64,000 nt of DNA from positions 5,184,001-5,248,000 of the forward strand of contig OY762007.1 in NCBI GenBank assembly GCA_963665115.1, in the 5' to 3' direction. The translations under genes were made by a program, and so were the position numbers. The DNA is from an uncultured Rivularia sp. (GTDB lineage Bacteria > Cyanobacteriota > Cyanobacteriia > Cyanobacteriales > Nostocaceae). Below, piece by piece: positions 11,442-20,707 of this stretch. The notes beneath the pieces were generated by a model. The model was not told the DNA's origin. It was given only the letters and a program-made list of their open reading frames with translations, and did not search any database. Each line of letters opens with the position of its first letter. Positions within the stretch are counted from its first letter, which is position 1.

Positions 11442-11627
11442 CTTCACCCACACCGATAAAATTATGCTTGCACGTTAAATCATAAGTTTTTCCCTTAACT
11501 TAAAATATTCTTATTTAATAAAAATTAAGATTAAGATTAAATTAAGGGATTCTACTTATGAAGATACGAGATAATTCTACCAGAAAAACGTTAAGTGGTT
11601 AACACTGTTAACCATTTAACAACATGA

Positions 11628-12242
11628 TTATTTTCTACCATCTTTATTAGGTAAACGTATAATGATGCGACGTTTGTGACGTACTAAAACCTGCTCGTCT
11701 TCAAACTGTTGCAACAAACGAGTTACCGTAACACGTGTTGTATTTAACACTTCTGCCATCTCTTGATGGGTGACGTTCAAGTCAATAAGTTTACCTTGTT
11801 CTACTTCACGACCGAACTTTTCACTCAACCAAACTAAAAATTGCCACAAACGTAGCGAAATTGGTTTGCGATGTACTATACTTAGTAACTCCTCTGACTG
11901 TTGAATGTGAGAAACCAAGGCTTCAACGTCTTGATGCCACATTTGAGGTGGTAGAACGCTTACTTCAACGCTGGTCAGACATTCAATTTGGTAAGGCTTA
12001 ACGCAGGAAAGTGGATAGCCAACCAAATCTCCCGGACCCCAGTAACCTAGAGTGATGAATGCCCCATCTTCACTCCAGGTTAATGTCCGAACTGCACCGC
12101 GCTCTATTCTCCAAAGTACGTCGTTACGTGGTGGAATTACTTCGCGACGAGTAAACAGTCTTTGTGGTAATGAACTGCTACTGGTATTATTATTTGTGTT
12201 TTGTGAAAAACTACTGTTTACAGGACGATTTGTAGAATACAT
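11628..12242 (-). CDS. Crp/Fnr family transcription factor
   Basis: C-terminal HTH THQEMAEVLNTTRVTVTRLL; cNMP-like N-terminal domain. Confidence 0.88.
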   Translation of the reverse strand: MYSTNRPVNSSFSQNTNNNTSSSSLPQRLFTRREVIPPRNDVLWRIERGAVRTLTWSEDGAFITLGYWGPGDLVGYPLSCVKPYQIECLTSVEVSVLPPQMWHQDVEALVSHIQQSEELLSIVHRKPISLRLWQFLVWLSEKFGREVEQGKLIDLNVTHQEMAEVLNTTRVTVTRLLQQFEDEQVLVRHKRRIIIRLPNKDGRK

Positions 12243-12768
12243 TCTCTAAGATTCCTTTGTTGGTTAGGTTTGTCGAGGATTGAATTTAAAGCGGTCAAAG
12301 GTATCCTATGGATTTGCCACCACCCTGTAAAACATGGTCAAATCAAATTAGGATTTAACTCATACAATTAATGTTTTGTATTTGCTGTCTTTTTTAGTAG
12401 ATTGTTTTTGTTTGGCTCAGCCAAAAGGTAGATGAAGTCTCTCAAGGAACTCTGCTAATTTATAAGTAATTAACTGGTGAGTATATAGTTCATCCGAAAT
12501 ACATTCCCTGAGAAAATACTGCTGTCGGCTTGATAAATTCTATCGTAAGGCTACAAGTTCTTAGCAGTAAAAATATAAATCAAAAGTATATTTAGCCACT
12601 TAATTACAGGCACAACAGTTCCCATTATTACCTAAACTCGCTACTTTATGTTTATGGGAACGTTAAATTTGCTTTATGCTTAATTGCGAAATTCTCTCAA
12701 AACAATAAATATGCGGTGCCTAGAATCACATTGTAAATCATTTTAAAACAATTGAGAATATTTTGCAA

Positions 12769-15009
12769 CTAAGCTTCTGCAACTTTAGTGACATAAATAA
12801 CCGCTGGTTTCGGAGGCGCATCGGTTGTTTTGCTCGGCCAGTTAGAACCAATAGGAACTTTACGATTTTGCGTAAATTCTTCCCCTGTGGTGCTGTAAAG
12901 CAGATAATCCCGGCTTTCCGAGGCTTGATTTAGGCGAGTGCCGTTAGCTTCCCCAGGATGCTGGATGGATAAAAACATGGTTTGCTCGTCAGGAGTCAAG
13001 CATGGCCCGGTTGTTTCGCACTCCATTGGCCCGATACCAAATAACGAGGCTTTACCTGCATTTTCGCCGGAAGTCGGAATATACCAAATAGTGTTATTAC
13101 CAAATAGTCCCGATATATTTGCAGTTTTACCTTCTTCGTCGGTACGTTTTGTAACGGCGTTATTTAGTTTGGATGTTGAAGTATCCGTTACCATCCACAC
13201 ATTCCCACTTTTATCTAAAAGCAGGTTGTCAGGGTTTGCGAAACCCATTCCGCCGCTGTTTGGTTCGCCACCAGTAACAAGCATTTCCCATTTAAAAGTC
13301 ATGGCTGCTGGGTTGTTGCTGTCTTCAATTACACGCATTACCCATCCATACTCATAAGGAACTTCACCGCTTGGTCCTTTGAAAATTCTGCTATCTGGGC
13401 CACCATCTTTACTTGGAGAACCGGAAGTAAAGCTGATATACAAATCTCCATTCGGTGCAATTTCAGTGTCTTCCGGACGAGCCGTACAAGTTGCACCTGC
13501 GGCATTCGCGGCGTAATGTGCGTCAATTAATATTGCACCCTGTTTTTCTTCTGTACTACCCGTATATAGATCGCCTAACTTTTTGAATTGTTGCTTATAC
13601 CGAGCAACTTCTTCGTCTTTGCTAGCTGCGAAATAATTGCCTTTAATTGGTTCTGGTACTTCAAAAAGGGTTCGCTTTTCATCTGACGATCGCGTTCCTG
13701 ACGGTAGATTAATTAAGCTTCCGGCGATATTACTGGGAAGCTCTGGATTTACAGTGGTATCTGCATTCAAAGGCATCCAACTACCCGTACCGTCAGAATC
13801 GAATTTGGCTGCGTAGAGCATTCCCTGAGAAAGAAGTTGAGAATTAGCTTTATCTTTGGGGTTAGAAACTTTATCGCGACTAACGAATTTATAAACGTGT
13901 CCACCTCTTCTATCGCACCCTGAATAAAATGCTAGAGGCTTTCCTGATTCGGCGCGAACCCCTACTGCTTCATGGCGGTAGCGTCCCAACCAAGTATGCT
14001 TTGTACCGTAATCGTTGGGGTTAGCCGGATCTACTTCAACTATCCAGCCATATTTATTCCCAGCTAGTCCAAAAACGTTACCTTGACCGTACAAATCTCC
14101 TTTACTCAATAAAAAAGGAACTTTTTCTGGTTCAAAGGATGTTCCATCAGCGTACACTGGCTCGGGTACCTGTGCCTGAAAATTTTCTTCTGCACTTAAT
14201 ACCGTTCCCCAAGGTGTAGTTCCACCAGCGCAATTACCAAACGAACCAATTATGCGATCGCCAAGTTTGTCAGTGTAGCCAAGTCCTTGCTGTTTGCGAA
14301 ATACGAGTACGGCAGGACCTGTTGATTTAAGGTATCGTCCGTCTTCTAAACCAGAAATTCCGCTAATACGTCTATCTACATTGCTATTGCTACGTTCCCA
14401 TTTTCCATCGGCGTTCTTGCGAATGGAAATAATACCTAATCCCTGATCTAATAATGCTTCAGAACTAATTTCTCGTATTTTAGCTTTCAACGGATTGTCT
14501 TCTGTTAAAGCATAAGCGTTAACCTCACCTTTCCCTTGAGAATCGGTGTTTAGCTTGCTTATGACTTCATCTATTGGTAACGATTTTCCTATCACCTTAC
14601 CATACGTTTGTATCCAAGGAATAGCGCTAATGTATTCAAAATTAACTGAGAGATATCCTTCATTTTCTCCCGCTGGCACAAACGATAAATAATCATTGTT
14701 GTAACCAAATCGGGAATCACCGACTTTATCGCCCCAAGCAGCAATAACTTGATACTCAAAACCATTTGGTAATACCAAATCATCAACTACTTCATAGTTG
14801 CGGTAAGCTTCTTTCTGTTGTTCAGGCGTAAAGCCAGCATTTTGTAATGGAAGGGGACCTTTTACGGGTTGAAATACGGATAACGCCTTATTCTGTGGCG
14901 TATTTGGCTGCATAGTTACTTTTTTATCACACCCTGACAGCGAACCAAGTGCAACCGCACCCGCACTTCCTCCCATCAACAAAAAAAAATCACGACGTTT
15001 GATACTCAT
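12769..15009 (-). CDS. phoX: PhoX alkaline phosphatase (Tat-exported, probable lipoprotein)
   Basis: KRRDFF Tat motif, LSGC lipobox, FGYNND, NCAGGTTPWGTVLSAEEN, GRYRHE, RPED, NPDN, IQHPGE. Confidence 0.9.
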   Translation of the reverse strand: MSIKRRDFFLLMGGSAGAVALGSLSGCDKKVTMQPNTPQNKALSVFQPVKGPLPLQNAGFTPEQQKEAYRNYEVVDDLVLPNGFEYQVIAAWGDKVGDSRFGYNNDYLSFVPAGENEGYLSVNFEYISAIPWIQTYGKVIGKSLPIDEVISKLNTDSQGKGEVNAYALTEDNPLKAKIREISSEALLDQGLGIISIRKNADGKWERSNSNVDRRISGISGLEDGRYLKSTGPAVLVFRKQQGLGYTDKLGDRIIGSFGNCAGGTTPWGTVLSAEENFQAQVPEPVYADGTSFEPEKVPFLLSKGDLYGQGNVFGLAGNKYGWIVEVDPANPNDYGTKHTWLGRYRHEAVGVRAESGKPLAFYSGCDRRGGHVYKFVSRDKVSNPKDKANSQLLSQGMLYAAKFDSDGTGSWMPLNADTTVNPELPSNIAGSLINLPSGTRSSDEKRTLFEVPEPIKGNYFAASKDEEVARYKQQFKKLGDLYTGSTEEKQGAILIDAHYAANAAGATCTARPEDTEIAPNGDLYISFTSGSPSKDGGPDSRIFKGPSGEVPYEYGWVMRVIEDSNNPAAMTFKWEMLVTGGEPNSGGMGFANPDNLLLDKSGNVWMVTDTSTSKLNNAVTKRTDEEGKTANISGLFGNNTIWYIPTSGENAGKASLFGIGPMECETTGPCLTPDEQTMFLSIQHPGEANGTRLNQASESRDYLLYSTTGEEFTQNRKVPIGSNWPSKTTDAPPKPAVIYVTKVAEA

Positions 15010-15733
15010 CAGTTTATTTCTTACGACACCAGCATTTTTAGTTAGATAGGAAACAATTTTATATCGCCTTTGTTACTTTAATCGTGAAAGTTTAAGAATA
15101 GGTAAGCTTTTTGTAAAAAGTAAGTTAGTTTACAACGCTTTTACTAGTATACTTTCTTTATTTTTCAATAATCACTTTTAAGTAATTACCGCTTATTTGT
15201 CTTAGCAAATATGTGTACATTTAAACAGATGAATCTTTAAAGTGTCAACTGTTTTTCATTTTTTATTTGTTTTTTCGAGAGACAAATAATCTAGGTATAA
15301 TAAGCTTTTCGTAGAATATAATCCAATTTCAACGTGCAATTATTTTTAAATATTAAAAGAGTATTTATTCTTATATAAAAACTGAATATATGTATTTTAT
15401 ATAACTCCATGTTTCTAATTGATGAGCAACAATGTAATCTCTAATGTTCTGTTTGCTACTAGCTGATTGCGTGTTTTAGGATTGAGTCATAAGTATATCT
15501 ATCTATTTATATAAGTATTCGAGATTGAACAAAATTTCAAATGAACATATACTTTTATAATTCTCTATTCTCCATGTTTCTTAAGACTGATAATCAAGCA
15601 CCATTGCCGTTAAGTACAAATTCCCGCTTTAAAATCAATTTCAGGGCTGCATATACAAAATGGGTTTAAATTCACGTCTTGCAATTATATTTAATGAAAT
15701 AGATTACTCTCCACCACATTAATTTTGAGGGAT

Positions 15734-15946
15734 AACACATTTGTAGTGGGAGCGTCTCGCTCCCTCGTGGTAGCGTCTCGCTCCCTCGTGGTAGCTAGCG
15801 AGCGAGACGCTCGCACTCCCTCCCGGATACCCATCAAAGCTCCCTCGTGACAACCAGCGAGCGAGACGCATGTCCTGTGTCCTTCAGACACGCTCCGTTA
15901 ACGGAGCGAGACGATAGTCTTAGGAAGCACTACAAATAAATGTGTT
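15734..15946. repeat. Composite palindromic repeat element
   Basis: AACACATTTGTAGTG...CACTACAAATAAATGTGTT ends; 21-bp tandem duplication at 15751-15792; internal hairpins. Confidence 0.7.
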
Positions 15947-16041
15947 GCCGTTTCAACGATAAGAAACACATTTTTTATTTAAAATCTCAAATCCTTACTG
16001 AGCAAAACCTATAAAATGTGTAAGTCAATTCAAAGAAATTT

Positions 16042-16082
16042 AAAAACCCCCATTCCCTTAATAAAGTAAGGGACATGGGGGT
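16042..16082 (-). terminator. Terminator downstream of the sphR-sphS-phoU operon
   Basis: ACCCCCAT..CCCTTA / TAAGGG..ATGGGGGT followed by TTTT on the minus strand. Confidence 0.65.
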
Positions 16083-16185
16083 AATAGTTTTCTTTCCATG
16101 AAGGAATTTAAATTAGCACTAATTAATAATTAAAATATCCCGATGTACTATTAATGATTTGGCGAAACCCTGAATTAAGAAAGGA

Positions 16186-16871
16186 TTAAGGACGCTGCCC
16201 TGTAACAATATAGGCCACTCGTTTACCGATATTGGTTGCATGATCTGCCATCCTTTCTAAACAACGAATTGCTAATGCTAACAGTACAATTGGTTCTACA
16301 GAACCTTTGACATCTCGTTGATTGGTTAAAGTATCGTAAACTCTATCGTAAGCTTCGTCTACAGCATCATCGAGTGATTTTATGCTGTTTGCGCCAATTT
16401 CGTCTAAATCGGCTAAAGCTCCCAAGCTAGTTGCTAACATTGCTTGAGCGTGACGAGACATTACTGCAACTTCTGGTATGCAAGAATGTGGCTCGTAGGG
16501 AAAGAGTTTTACCGCGATTTCGCTTAATCTTCAGCATAATCGCCAATGCGTTCTAAATCGCGCACTAGCTGCATAAACGCACTTAAGCAGCGCAAATCTT
16601 GTTCGTTAGGCGAATGCAAGATCATAATCGCCGTGCATTCTACTTCGATTTGCTTATAAAATCGGTCGATTTTTTCTTCTAATAAAGGCAGTTGCTCGAC
16701 TATCGATAGATCGCGAGCAAATAATGCCTGGTGCGAAAAGCGGAAGGATTGTTCCACTAAAGCACCCATTCGCAAAATATCCCTTTCTAACCGCCTGATG
16801 TCGCGTGCTAGTTGAGGTCTTGCAAAATTAGGACGAGTTAGGATAGCTTTCACGCTTGCAGTCTCAAACAT
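16186..16871 (-). pseudogene. phoU: Phosphate signalling regulator PhoU/SphU, split by a 1-bp frameshift (possibly an assembly error)
   Basis: LERIGDYAED and LERMADHATNIG repeats lie in two ORFs; adding one base at ~16526 restores EDLSEIAVKLFPY. Confidence 0.85.
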
Positions 16872-16883
16872 GAAGTGATTTTC

Positions 16884-18206
16884 TTAAATATAATCTTGAA
16901 CTACGGATTTTGCCATTACTTGGGGAAGATGAATTTGTAGCCACGCACCACCTGTTTGTGGATGATTCATTGCTTTGATTGTTCCCCCGTGAGCAGCTAA
17001 AATTTGATCGACAATAGCCAAACCTAAGCCGCTTCCATCCAAAGTTGAATCTCCCTCTCCTTTTATAGAGCGAGAACGTGCTTTGTCTCCTCGGTAAAAT
17101 CTCTGAAATATGTAGGGTAAATCTTCTCGAGCAAAACCTACGCCGGAGTCTATAATATTTATTTCGAGCAATGGGGAACTTTGATGCTCGTTTTGATTTT
17201 TATCTTCTAAAGGTATATTAACATTAACTTCCACCCGGACAACTCCGTTAGGAGGACTGTATTTAATACTGTTATGAATCAGGTTGAAAAATACTTGGTG
17301 AAGCCGGGATTTATCAGCGTTTATCCAAGCATTATCAATGTCGGTAAAGGCAAGTTGAACTTTCTGGCGCTGCGCTATAGGTTCTAAGCTTTCCCAAACC
17401 GAGTTTATTAACGTTTTTATTTCTAAAGGCTGACAATTTAACTGAGTTGCAGGATTTGTTTCAAGTCGAGTCAAATCCAACCAACTTTGTACTAGCTCAA
17501 TTAGTCGGTCAACTTCCTTGAGAAGAAGGTTAACCCAACGTACAATCGGTGGATTCACATGGTCTTGTAAAGTTTCCACAACTAAACGCATTGAAGTTAA
17601 TGGCGTTCTGAGTTCGTGAGCGAGGTCTGAAAAAGCTCTATCGCGTGCTTGGCTCATTTCCAATAGCTGCTGACGATTTTCCAAAAATACTCCTACCTGA
17701 CCTTGAGGTAAGGGCAACCCGGTAGCCCGTAAAACTACAGACTTCTGTTCTAACATTGCCTCAGCATTCTCACAAGAGGGGTGAAACACCCACTCCTTCT
17801 GTTGCGAAGAATGGCGATCGCGAGTTTTCTCGATTAAACGGTCGAGCTCGTAAGAACGTACTACCTCCAACAACAAGCGCACTTGTCCGGGTTGCCATTT
17901 TTCTAATGACAGCATTTGACGGGCTTCTTGATTGCACCACAACAGTTGATTTTCTTCATCAACCTGTAGATAACCTAAAGGTGCATTTTCCAACAAATTT
18001 TGCAATGAAAACAGTTGCTGCTCCAAGCACTGCTGTCGTTCCTTCAATCTGGCAAACTTATAGGGCCATCCAGCAACGAAAGACTTTCTTTTTGAATAGT
18101 CAAAACGTCCGAAATAACGGTGGAACTGTATGGTATACCAAAGCCATAAACAGATGCTTAACCCTAATCCGATGAAAATTCCCAGTAAAAGCATCACAAT
18201 TGGCAA
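16884..18206 (-). CDS. sphS: Phosphate sensor histidine kinase SphS/PhoR
   Basis: AHELRTPLT H-box, N/G1/F/G2 boxes, PAS-like region; sits between phoB and phoU. Confidence 0.88.
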   Translation of the reverse strand: MPIVMLLLGIFIGLGLSICLWLWYTIQFHRYFGRFDYSKRKSFVAGWPYKFARLKERQQCLEQQLFSLQNLLENAPLGYLQVDEENQLLWCNQEARQMLSLEKWQPGQVRLLLEVVRSYELDRLIEKTRDRHSSQQKEWVFHPSCENAEAMLEQKSVVLRATGLPLPQGQVGVFLENRQQLLEMSQARDRAFSDLAHELRTPLTSMRLVVETLQDHVNPPIVRWVNLLLKEVDRLIELVQSWLDLTRLETNPATQLNCQPLEIKTLINSVWESLEPIAQRQKVQLAFTDIDNAWINADKSRLHQVFFNLIHNSIKYSPPNGVVRVEVNVNIPLEDKNQNEHQSSPLLEINIIDSGVGFAREDLPYIFQRFYRGDKARSRSIKGEGDSTLDGSGLGLAIVDQILAAHGGTIKAMNHPQTGGAWLQIHLPQVMAKSVVQDYI

Positions 18207-18242
18207 GTTGCTTTGGGACAGAAGATTAATGATAACGAATAA

Positions 18243-18995
18243 TTATCCGAAGCGATACCCGAAACCCCGAACTGTAACAATATATTCGGGGCGGGAAGGC
18301 TCTTGCTCTAATTTCTCTCGCAACCAGCGAATATGAACGTCTACGGTTTTACTGTCCCCGACGAAATCCGGTCCCCATACCTGATCGAGCAACTGCTCTC
18401 GGGACCATACGCGGCGAGTATAGCTCATAAATAATTCCAATAAACGGAATTCTTTCGGCGATAAATTAACTTCCTCTCCACGAACCAACACGCGACATTC
18501 TTGAGGATATAAAGTAATTTCTTTGTAATTTAAAACTGGAGGTTCTGTAGTCGTAATTAAGCGCTGACGGCGTAACAAAGCCCGACAGCGTGCTACCAGC
18601 TCCCTCATGCTAAAAGGCTTACTTAAGTAGTCATCCGCTCCTACTTCTAAACCTAAAACTCGGTCAGTTTCGCTACCTTTAGCGCTCAACATTAAAATTG
18701 GTACTGGGTTTCCTTGATGACGAACCAAGCGACAAATATCTAATCCATTTATTTGAGGCAACATTAAATCTAAAATGACTAAATCAAAAATAGCCTCATT
18801 ATTATTTGCGTCAAAACTTTGGAGTTGCTCTACAGCTAAACGTCCATCAGTCGCAGTATTCACCTCATAACCTTCTCCTTCCAAAGCCAAAACCAGCATT
18901 TCCCTAATTAATTCTTCATCCTCTACTACCAAAACACGACTCTTTTGTGCTATGTCAGTCGCGCGAGCATACTTAGTGGATTCGTTGGTATACAT
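18243..18995 (-). CDS. sphR: OmpR-family response regulator SphR/PhoB
   Basis: Receiver domain (VEDE, LDLMLP) and winged helix (KTVDVHIRWLREKLE, TVRGFGYRFG). Confidence 0.9.
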   Translation of the reverse strand: MYTNESTKYARATDIAQKSRVLVVEDEELIREMLVLALEGEGYEVNTATDGRLAVEQLQSFDANNNEAIFDLVILDLMLPQINGLDICRLVRHQGNPVPILMLSAKGSETDRVLGLEVGADDYLSKPFSMRELVARCRALLRRQRLITTTEPPVLNYKEITLYPQECRVLVRGEEVNLSPKEFRLLELFMSYTRRVWSREQLLDQVWGPDFVGDSKTVDVHIRWLREKLEQEPSRPEYIVTVRGFGYRFG

Positions 18996-19220
18996 TGACT
19001 TACAAAAATACGAGGATTTTTACGTTGTAACTTTTAAGCTGTGCTTTGTGGGTATATTTACTTTTATCTAATACTAATTACTATCTTTAGGAAAAATTAC
19101 CAAAAATGTAACATATGTAACAGCACCCACATTATTATAAAACATTACCGCAAAAGGCAGGCAAAGACCAGTGGCTGCCTTACTTTTTTTTGCAGTGTGA
19201 CAAAAAAATCTCATTAGTTG

Positions 19221-19250
19221 TTGACAAAAGTATTTTTATTCAAGTACTAT
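19221..19250 (+). promoter_or_regulatory. Sigma70-type promoter of zicK-zacK
   Basis: TTGACA (19221-26), 18 nt spacer, TACTAT (19245-50). Confidence 0.65.
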
Positions 19251-19256
19251 ATTGAT

Positions 19257-19270
19257 AGTACAAATGAACT
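19257..19270. promoter_or_regulatory. Putative cyanobacterial LexA box
   Basis: AGTACAAATGAACT, one mismatch to AGTACWNWTGTACT; overlaps the predicted TSS. Confidence 0.6.
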
Positions 19271-19445
19271 AAACAAGAAATACTTTTTGAATAACAATCT
19301 TCAATTGCAGGTAAGGAAACTATTCCAGTGTTTTTACTGTACTGAAATTGATGTAAAAAAGGCTACTCTAATAAATGCAAGGAGTATGTCTTTGTGATAT
19401 TCATTTGACGAAAATCATCAAACATACTGAAAAAGGAGTCGAAGG

Positions 19446-20426
19446 GTGAATACAGTTGCAACTAAAGACAGTAAGCAACAATTAATGCAAGCATTTGAGC
19501 AAATTCTTGCAGAAAAGCAAAAATTAGATTCAAAAATTGCTACCAAGCAGGAGGAAGCAGAAAAGGAGAAAGACAAAGAAATTTTAGCCGCAGCTTCGGT
19601 GTATACCGTTGATGGAATTGTCAAAGGTTTAGCCGATTTACAGTTAGAGTTTGGTACCATCGTCAACGAGCTTTCCGAAAAGCTGAAGACTGAAAACTCG
19701 AAATTAGACGAGTTAAACCGTGCGATTGAGGTTGAAACTCAATATTTACAGGAATTGCAAAAAATCCGAATTGTTGCAGACACTCTAGATGTTTTAACTC
19801 AAGAGCATCAAGAGAATTTGAGCAAAATCGAAGCAGATATTATCCAGAAAAAAGAAGCATTAGAGAAAGAAAAGCAGCAAATACTTAAAGAGTGGGAAAA
19901 AGAGCAGGCTAAATTTACTTTCTCAGAGCAGGAATATAGCGAATCACTAACCAAAAATCGCGAAAAAGAAGCAGAAGAATATCAGTATAAGTTAGAAAAT
20001 TCACGCAAAATCAACGAAGACAGCTACCAAGAAACAAAGCGTCAGTTGGAAAGAGATTTACAGCTAGCTACTCGCGATAAAGAAAAAGATTGGGTAGAAA
20101 GAGAAAAAGTAAATCAACAGCGTCAAGCTTCATTAGAAGAATATCAGAAAAAAGTAGCATCCTTTCCTGCTGAGTTGGATGCTGCATATAAAAAAGCAAA
20201 AGAAGATGCGATTAGAAATACTTCTCAAAGAACTAAAGTTGATGCCGATTTATTTGAAAAAGAGTGGGAAGGTAGCAAGCAAAGTTATGAATTAAAAATT
20301 GCTTCCTTAGAACAAACTATTGAAAGACAAAAAGAACAGATCGAAAGTATCTCAAATCAGCTACAAGAAACTTTGAAACAATCGCAAGATTTATCGATGA
20401 GAGCTTTTGGTAATTCTGTTAAGTAG
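19446..20426 (+). CDS. zicK: Coiled-coil filament protein, ZicK (Alr4504)-like
   Basis: All-helical E/K/Q-rich coiled coil; AAGGAG SD before GTG; divergent from sphR, as I recall for Nostoc PCC 7120. Confidence 0.7.
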   Translation: MNTVATKDSKQQLMQAFEQILAEKQKLDSKIATKQEEAEKEKDKEILAAASVYTVDGIVKGLADLQLEFGTIVNELSEKLKTENSKLDELNRAIEVETQYLQELQKIRIVADTLDVLTQEHQENLSKIEADIIQKKEALEKEKQQILKEWEKEQAKFTFSEQEYSESLTKNREKEAEEYQYKLENSRKINEDSYQETKRQLERDLQLATRDKEKDWVEREKVNQQRQASLEEYQKKVASFPAELDAAYKKAKEDAIRNTSQRTKVDADLFEKEWEGSKQSYELKIASLEQTIERQKEQIESISNQLQETLKQSQDLSMRAFGNSVK

Positions 20427-20622
20427 GGAGTAGGGAGTAGGGAGTAGGGAGTAGGGAGTAGGGAGTAGGGAGTAGGGAGTAGGGAGTAGGGAGTAGGGAG
20501 TAGTAAGTAGGGAGTAGTAAGTAGGGAGTAGTAAGTAGGGAGTAGGGAGTAGGGAGTAGGGAGTAGTAAGTAGGGAGTAGCAAGTAGGGAGTAGTAAGTA
20601 GGGAGTAGAGAGTAGGGAATAG
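20423..20622 (+). repeat. STRR heptamer array (GGGAGTA)n with GTAAGTA variants, about 28 units
   Basis: Directly visible tandem repeat. Confidence 0.95.
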
Positions 20623-20707
20623 TAGATTTCCTATTTGCCACGACAAAGACTTAAACTACACGTTCAAATTGCACGTTCAGATTAAAAAAAAAATTTGGAG
20701 TATTATT

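Noticed and set aside
15691..15891. 66-aa ORF
   Set aside because: It lies wholly in the composite palindromic repeat and shows no protein signal.
19108..19121. NtcA site GTA-N8-AAC upstream of sphR
   Set aside because: Imperfect, with no correctly spaced -10 element in either direction.
20357..20646. ORFs of 94 and 75 aa (LLPTPYS repeats)
   Set aside because: They are translations of the STRR heptamer array.
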